64,000 nucleotides of DNA, taken from Eledone cirrhosa. Taxonomy: Eukaryota. The notes below the pieces were generated by a model, which was given only the letters and a program-made list of their open reading frames with translations, was not told the origin of the DNA and did no database searches. The DNA lies in the NCBI GenBank assembly GCA_964016885.1, contig OZ024749.1, forward strand, positions 44,640,001 through 44,704,000. Direction: 5' to 3'. Below, piece after piece: positions 58,602-64,000 of the stretch; position 1 is the stretch's first letter, and each line of letters begins with the position of its first letter. Made by a program: the position numbers and the translations under genes.

Positions 58602-58677
<76 letters not shown>

Positions 58678-58679
58678 TA

Positions 58680-58761
<82 letters not shown>

Positions 58762-59912
58762 TATATATATATATAATTATATATGATATACATATATATA
58801 GATATAGACACATTCACGCACAAACACCCATATATATATATATGACTCATATAACATATTTGTGTATAAAATGCACCGTTTATACCAATAAAAATATAAA
58901 TAATAAATAAATGGAAATATGAAATTATGAATTAATTTTAATAATTAAACCCTTGGGTGTCTTTGTAGTGATAAATTTATATGTGTTCTGTACTTTTCTT
59001 TTCGATTACTTGTTAAATTTTGTTGTTGCTATTTTTGTTTTGGTAGCTTGACTTTCTGTGTGTACAACGGACTGAAAGATATTCGGAATTATTCTACCCT
59101 GTATATGTGACTAGTTCTTGTGCCTATCATAAATGTACCCGTAGAGAAGAAAGCCGTATAGCCTTTTTTTATGGAGAACAATTAATAAAAGGACATTTAA
59201 TAAAAGCTAAGGAAAAACAAATGCATAAATGAACAATGGAATACAGGTTTAAAAGGTGCAATTCGTTTTCACAGCACCGCACGTATACACACATCTACAC
59301 ACGATGGCTTCATAGAGAATAATCATTATTTTATCAGTCATGGGGATGGTGAAAAGGGACTACGTCTGTTAGACATAATTTCAGGAAATTAAATACGCTG
59401 GGTTCCTGGGTATCAAAGAATGTAAATGTTAAATTGTTAAATCCGTTTTAGTTTGAAAATCTCCTTCAATTTTATATTTTATACAACATGAAATATAAAA
59501 GGAATTTTTGACTGTGTTCCTTAGAAAAATTAAACATTAAGGGATGCCAATAGTGTTAAGATATGATGCAGTAAAGAGGGAAAAAAAATGAAAGAAAATT
59601 CATACAAAATATTTGAGTATACTAAGCGCAGGAAATATCTGTAACAGTAGTAGATTTCTGTAAATAATAGCTTACAAATTCGGGTAAAATACACATATTT
59701 CTTGAGACAATGGAGGCATTTTGTCCGATTTTCTAAGCTATAAATTATATCCAGTGAAAATCATTACAGCTATTTTCTGCGTTTTGAATTCATCCATATT
59801 CTAAATGAAATTTAAATTATCCACCTCTCCGAAATTTTGTAGCAGAAAATCTCTAAAATCTTACAACGATATTTGTAGTTTTCAATTAAATAACATAAGC
59901 GACTTTCGTAAA

Positions 59913-59989
<77 letters not shown>

Positions 59990-60530
59990 TATATATATAT
60001 ATAGACATATATATATATATATAACATATATATATGTGTACGTGTGTGGAGGGATAGAGGGGAGGGGAGGGAGAGAGATTTGTTTGTGTTGTGTGTATGT
60101 TAGGATATACAAGCAAATTCATGACTAAGACAGGCACATAACTTTTAAGGGCAATTGTATATTTGATTAAACGAACAAAAGTATTTGACTGGTTCTTCAG
60201 TTATCGATTAAACTTGACTACAAATGCTTGACTTATCGACATCAGTAGAACATAAAAGGAAAATATGACCTCGGTATGATATGAAATGTGAAGGTAAAGG
60301 GGCGCAACTAAATACTGATAAAAAAAAGGGCAACGTATATTGTTTGCATATTCTATCATACAGCCTATAGCGAATACAGATGACAATGAGAAATTATAGA
60401 TCTAATATAATATAACAGATAACCGTTAATCTCCGTAGGAAAGGTTGAGCAGGCTCGTATGTTTAACACCGCCATATGGTCTTTAGGTGACTTAAGAATT
60501 GCGTTAAAGTCAACATTAGAATTCGTTTGC

Positions 60531-60614
<84 letters not shown>

Positions 60615-60679
60615 ATATATATATATAATATAATATATATATAAATATGTATATATATAAGTATATATATATCTATCTA

Positions 60680-60765
<86 letters not shown>

Positions 60766-61099
60766 TTACGTTGAGCCAACAATATTTCGATTGGGCATCA
60801 GCTGCAGCAATTTCTTCTGAGTTCAGTGTAACAGCAAAGATCACGGCCGATATCCATAACCATTTCACTAACTTCTCAATAACAAATATTAAAAATAAAG
60901 CTAGATATAATATTGAACATATTTACACACCACGTCATACGTAAACACATATAGATATATAGTAAAGATACATATAAATACATAACCTATACACACACTC
61001 ACACTACCAAACAGACATACACACATAAACACTCTCATAGATACACACGCATACACACGCACACATATATATATGTATATATTCATGCTTGAATATATG

Positions 61100-61620
61100 T
61101 CTGCATATATGTATATGCGTTTACGTGTTTTGTGTACCTGTTTGTGTATGCGTCTATGTGTGTGTATTTTTCTCTGTGTATGTGTGTATGTGTATGAGTG
61201 TGTGCTTATGTGTTTGTACGCTATTGTGTCTGTGTGTTCATGTGTCTCTGTGTGTATGTATATGTGTGTGAGTGCGTGGGTATGTGTATGTGTCTATGTG
61301 TGTGTGTGTGTTTGTGTGTGTGTGAGTGTATGTGTATGTGTATATATGTGTGTATGTGTCTATGTGTGTATGTATATGTGTGTAAGTGCGTGGTTATGTG
61401 TATGTGTCTATGTGTGTGTTTGTGTGTGTGTGAGCGTATGTGTATGTGCCTATGTGTGTGTGTATATATATGTGTGTATGTGTCTATGTGGGTGTGATTG
61501 TGTGTGTGTGAGTGTATGCGTATGTGTATGTACCATGTGTGTGTGTATATATGTGTGTATGTGTCTATGTGTGTATGTGTGTGTTTATGTGTGTATGTGT
61601 GTGTGTGTATTTATGTGTGT
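61100..61620. repeat. Degenerate TG-rich minisatellite
   Basis: Recurring TATGTGTATGTGTCTATGTG units. Confidence 0.85.
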
Positions 61621-61933
61621 GCTACTTTTATTACATATGCTATAGTTTCCCAAATAGGCTTTTTATTAAATGTCTATCACCTGGCAGATAACCAGACGTC
61701 AGTTATATTTCAGTCTGCCATTTTGTTTCTCCCTCTCCTCTGTCTCCGCCTACGTATACACACATATACATCAGACACACACACACATACACACACTCAC
61801 ACACACGCACACACATGCTTATATACTCGCAGACACACACGCACATGCACATGCACACACACAGACACAGAAACATATACACACACACAAACACACACTC
61901 ACAAATACAAACATTCACACATATAAGTTTATG

Positions 61934-62047
<114 letters not shown>

Positions 62048-62248
62048 CCGTTACAATAATAAAAAGGTCGCCTGCCCATTAAAAAATATAACATATACAA
62101 ATAAAAGCTACAAACATACAACACTACCATTTCTCATATTACACACCCAGTAATAATAACTATCACAATGAATCACCTGAAAAGCTATGGGCTGTCTTCA
62201 CTTCACATGTTTCTTATTCTAAACTGTTTGTGTGTTTTTATTACTATG

Positions 62249-62590
62249 GTGGATTGTCAGTATCGGTAGAGGGTCGGACGCCATCTTTTGCAGCATAGAG
62301 TTACGGTCCTTTATGATCTGAGTTCAAATCCCGCCGAGGTTAACTTTGCTTTTCATCCTTACAGGGTCGATAAAATAAAGTACCAGTAATACACTGCGAT
62401 AATTGTTGGCCTTGTGCCAAAAGTATAAACAATTATTACTATGCGGTGGATTGCCAGTATCGGTAGAGGGTCGGACGCCATGCTTTGACGCATAGAGTTA
62501 CGGCCCTTGCCATTCTGAGTTAAAATCCCGCCGAGGTTAACTTTGCTTTTCATCCTTATGGGATCGATAAAATAAAGTACCAGTAATACA
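62249..62590 (+). mobile_element. Two tandem SINE family A copies (62249-62437; 62443-62590, 3' end lost)
   Basis: TTATTACTATG at 62238-62248 and 62433-62443 flanks the first copy. Confidence 0.9.
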
Positions 62591-62784
62591 TATATACATG
62601 ATCCTGTGATGTATATGTTTCGAGGTGTCATCATACGTACATTAATACACACACACACACACGACACACACAACCACCGACACACAGGCACACACACACA
62701 CACACACATACATATAGGTATATATACATATATATATATATATGTATACATAAATATATATATATACATATATATATATATGTC

Positions 62785-62819
<35 letters not shown>

Positions 62820-62898
62820 GTATATAAATATATATACATATATAAATACACATATATACTGTATATGTATGCATATATATGAATATATATATATATGC

Positions 62899-62938
<40 letters not shown>

Positions 62939-63054
62939 GTGTGTATGTATATACCTATACGTAAATATATATATATATATATATATATCATTGTCATTTT
63001 TAGTAGTTGTAATAGTAATAGTAGTAATAGCAGTACCAGCATTAGTAGTAGTCT

Positions 63055-63102
<48 letters not shown>

Positions 63103-63134
63103 AAATTTGATTTCTAACACTCTCCATCTCATCC

Positions 63135-63183
<49 letters not shown>

Positions 63184-63670
63184 CAAAACATGTCTTACTT
63201 CCTCACTTCATATCCTCCCCCTGTTAGTCTTAAAGAAATGCTGATATGTTTTATAACCTGATTGTTTGTTCTAGATGTTTCTGTCGTTGTTGTTATTGTT
63301 TTATATTTATGTATCCTAGGTCTGATATACGTGTAATTCTCTTTTTACCACCGACAATCGCCGCCTTTCTTGACAGCCATCTTAAATTCAATCGCCTGTA
63401 GCTGTATATTAGTTTTTTATGTGTTTACGCTGGGTGTCATTTTCTGTATGCATGTGTATACCTGTGTGTATATGTATATGTGTGTGTATATATATGTGTA
63501 TATGTGTATATGTGTATATGTGTGTGTAATCGTGCTTGTTGTGGCTTCTATTTTTTCCCGCTTTTACTCATAATCGTGGCCCCAGTTTTTTTTTATTTTA
63601 TATGATTTTCATATTCTTCGTACCACCTGATGTATGCACCATTTTCTATATACCCTACAAGTTTCTCTAG

Positions 63671-63735
<65 letters not shown>

Positions 63736-63745
63736 ATATATATAT

Positions 63746-63858
63746 TGCCAGAGACAGTTCTGTAGAGGCGAGACACGGTCTCCCGACTAATCTCGCCTCA
63801 AGAGGGACAAATCCATCCAACCCATGCTAGCGTGGAAGATGGACGTTAAACGATGATG

Positions 63859-63859
<1 letters not shown>
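63746..63859 (+). mobile_element. 3' tail of an L2-like LINE or its partner SINE
   Basis: Ends CCATCCAACCCATGCTAGCGTGGAAGATGGACGTTAAACGATGATGAT, a stem-loop followed by a (GAT)n tail; the family assignment is from recalled similarity. Confidence 0.55.
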
Positions 63860-63909
<50 letters not shown>

Positions 63910-64000
63910 GATACATATATAATATGTATATATATATATATGACAGTTGAAAATTGCAAACTTGACTGTCACCACACAATATGAACCTGAAGATTGCGAA

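Overview
This is very AT-rich, microsatellite-saturated eukaryotic non-coding DNA. The SINE repertoire and (TA)n density suggest a cephalopod, probably Octopus; that is recalled similarity, not a search result. I can support no protein-coding gene, and nearly every ORF in the track is a translated microsatellite. Supported content: (1) more than 20 copies of one tRNA-derived SINE family, often stacked at one target with clear target-site duplications (TSDs); (2) a Meta/MESC-type SINE, an older SINE and an L2-like tail; (3) a decayed RTE-LINE ORF2 C-terminus; (4) two MITE-like elements. The most interesting signal is several unrelated families of short elements, mostly embedded in (TA)n tracts, that carry type I hammerhead ribozyme folds with palindromic stem III loops. 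They often form inverted pairs, as expected for Penelope-like pseudo-LTR remnants or retrozyme-like elements. Two of these families share a GTATTGAGTAC motif about 40 nt downstream of the predicted cleavage site. Several (TA)n-centred palindromes that have captured unique flanking DNA are also present.
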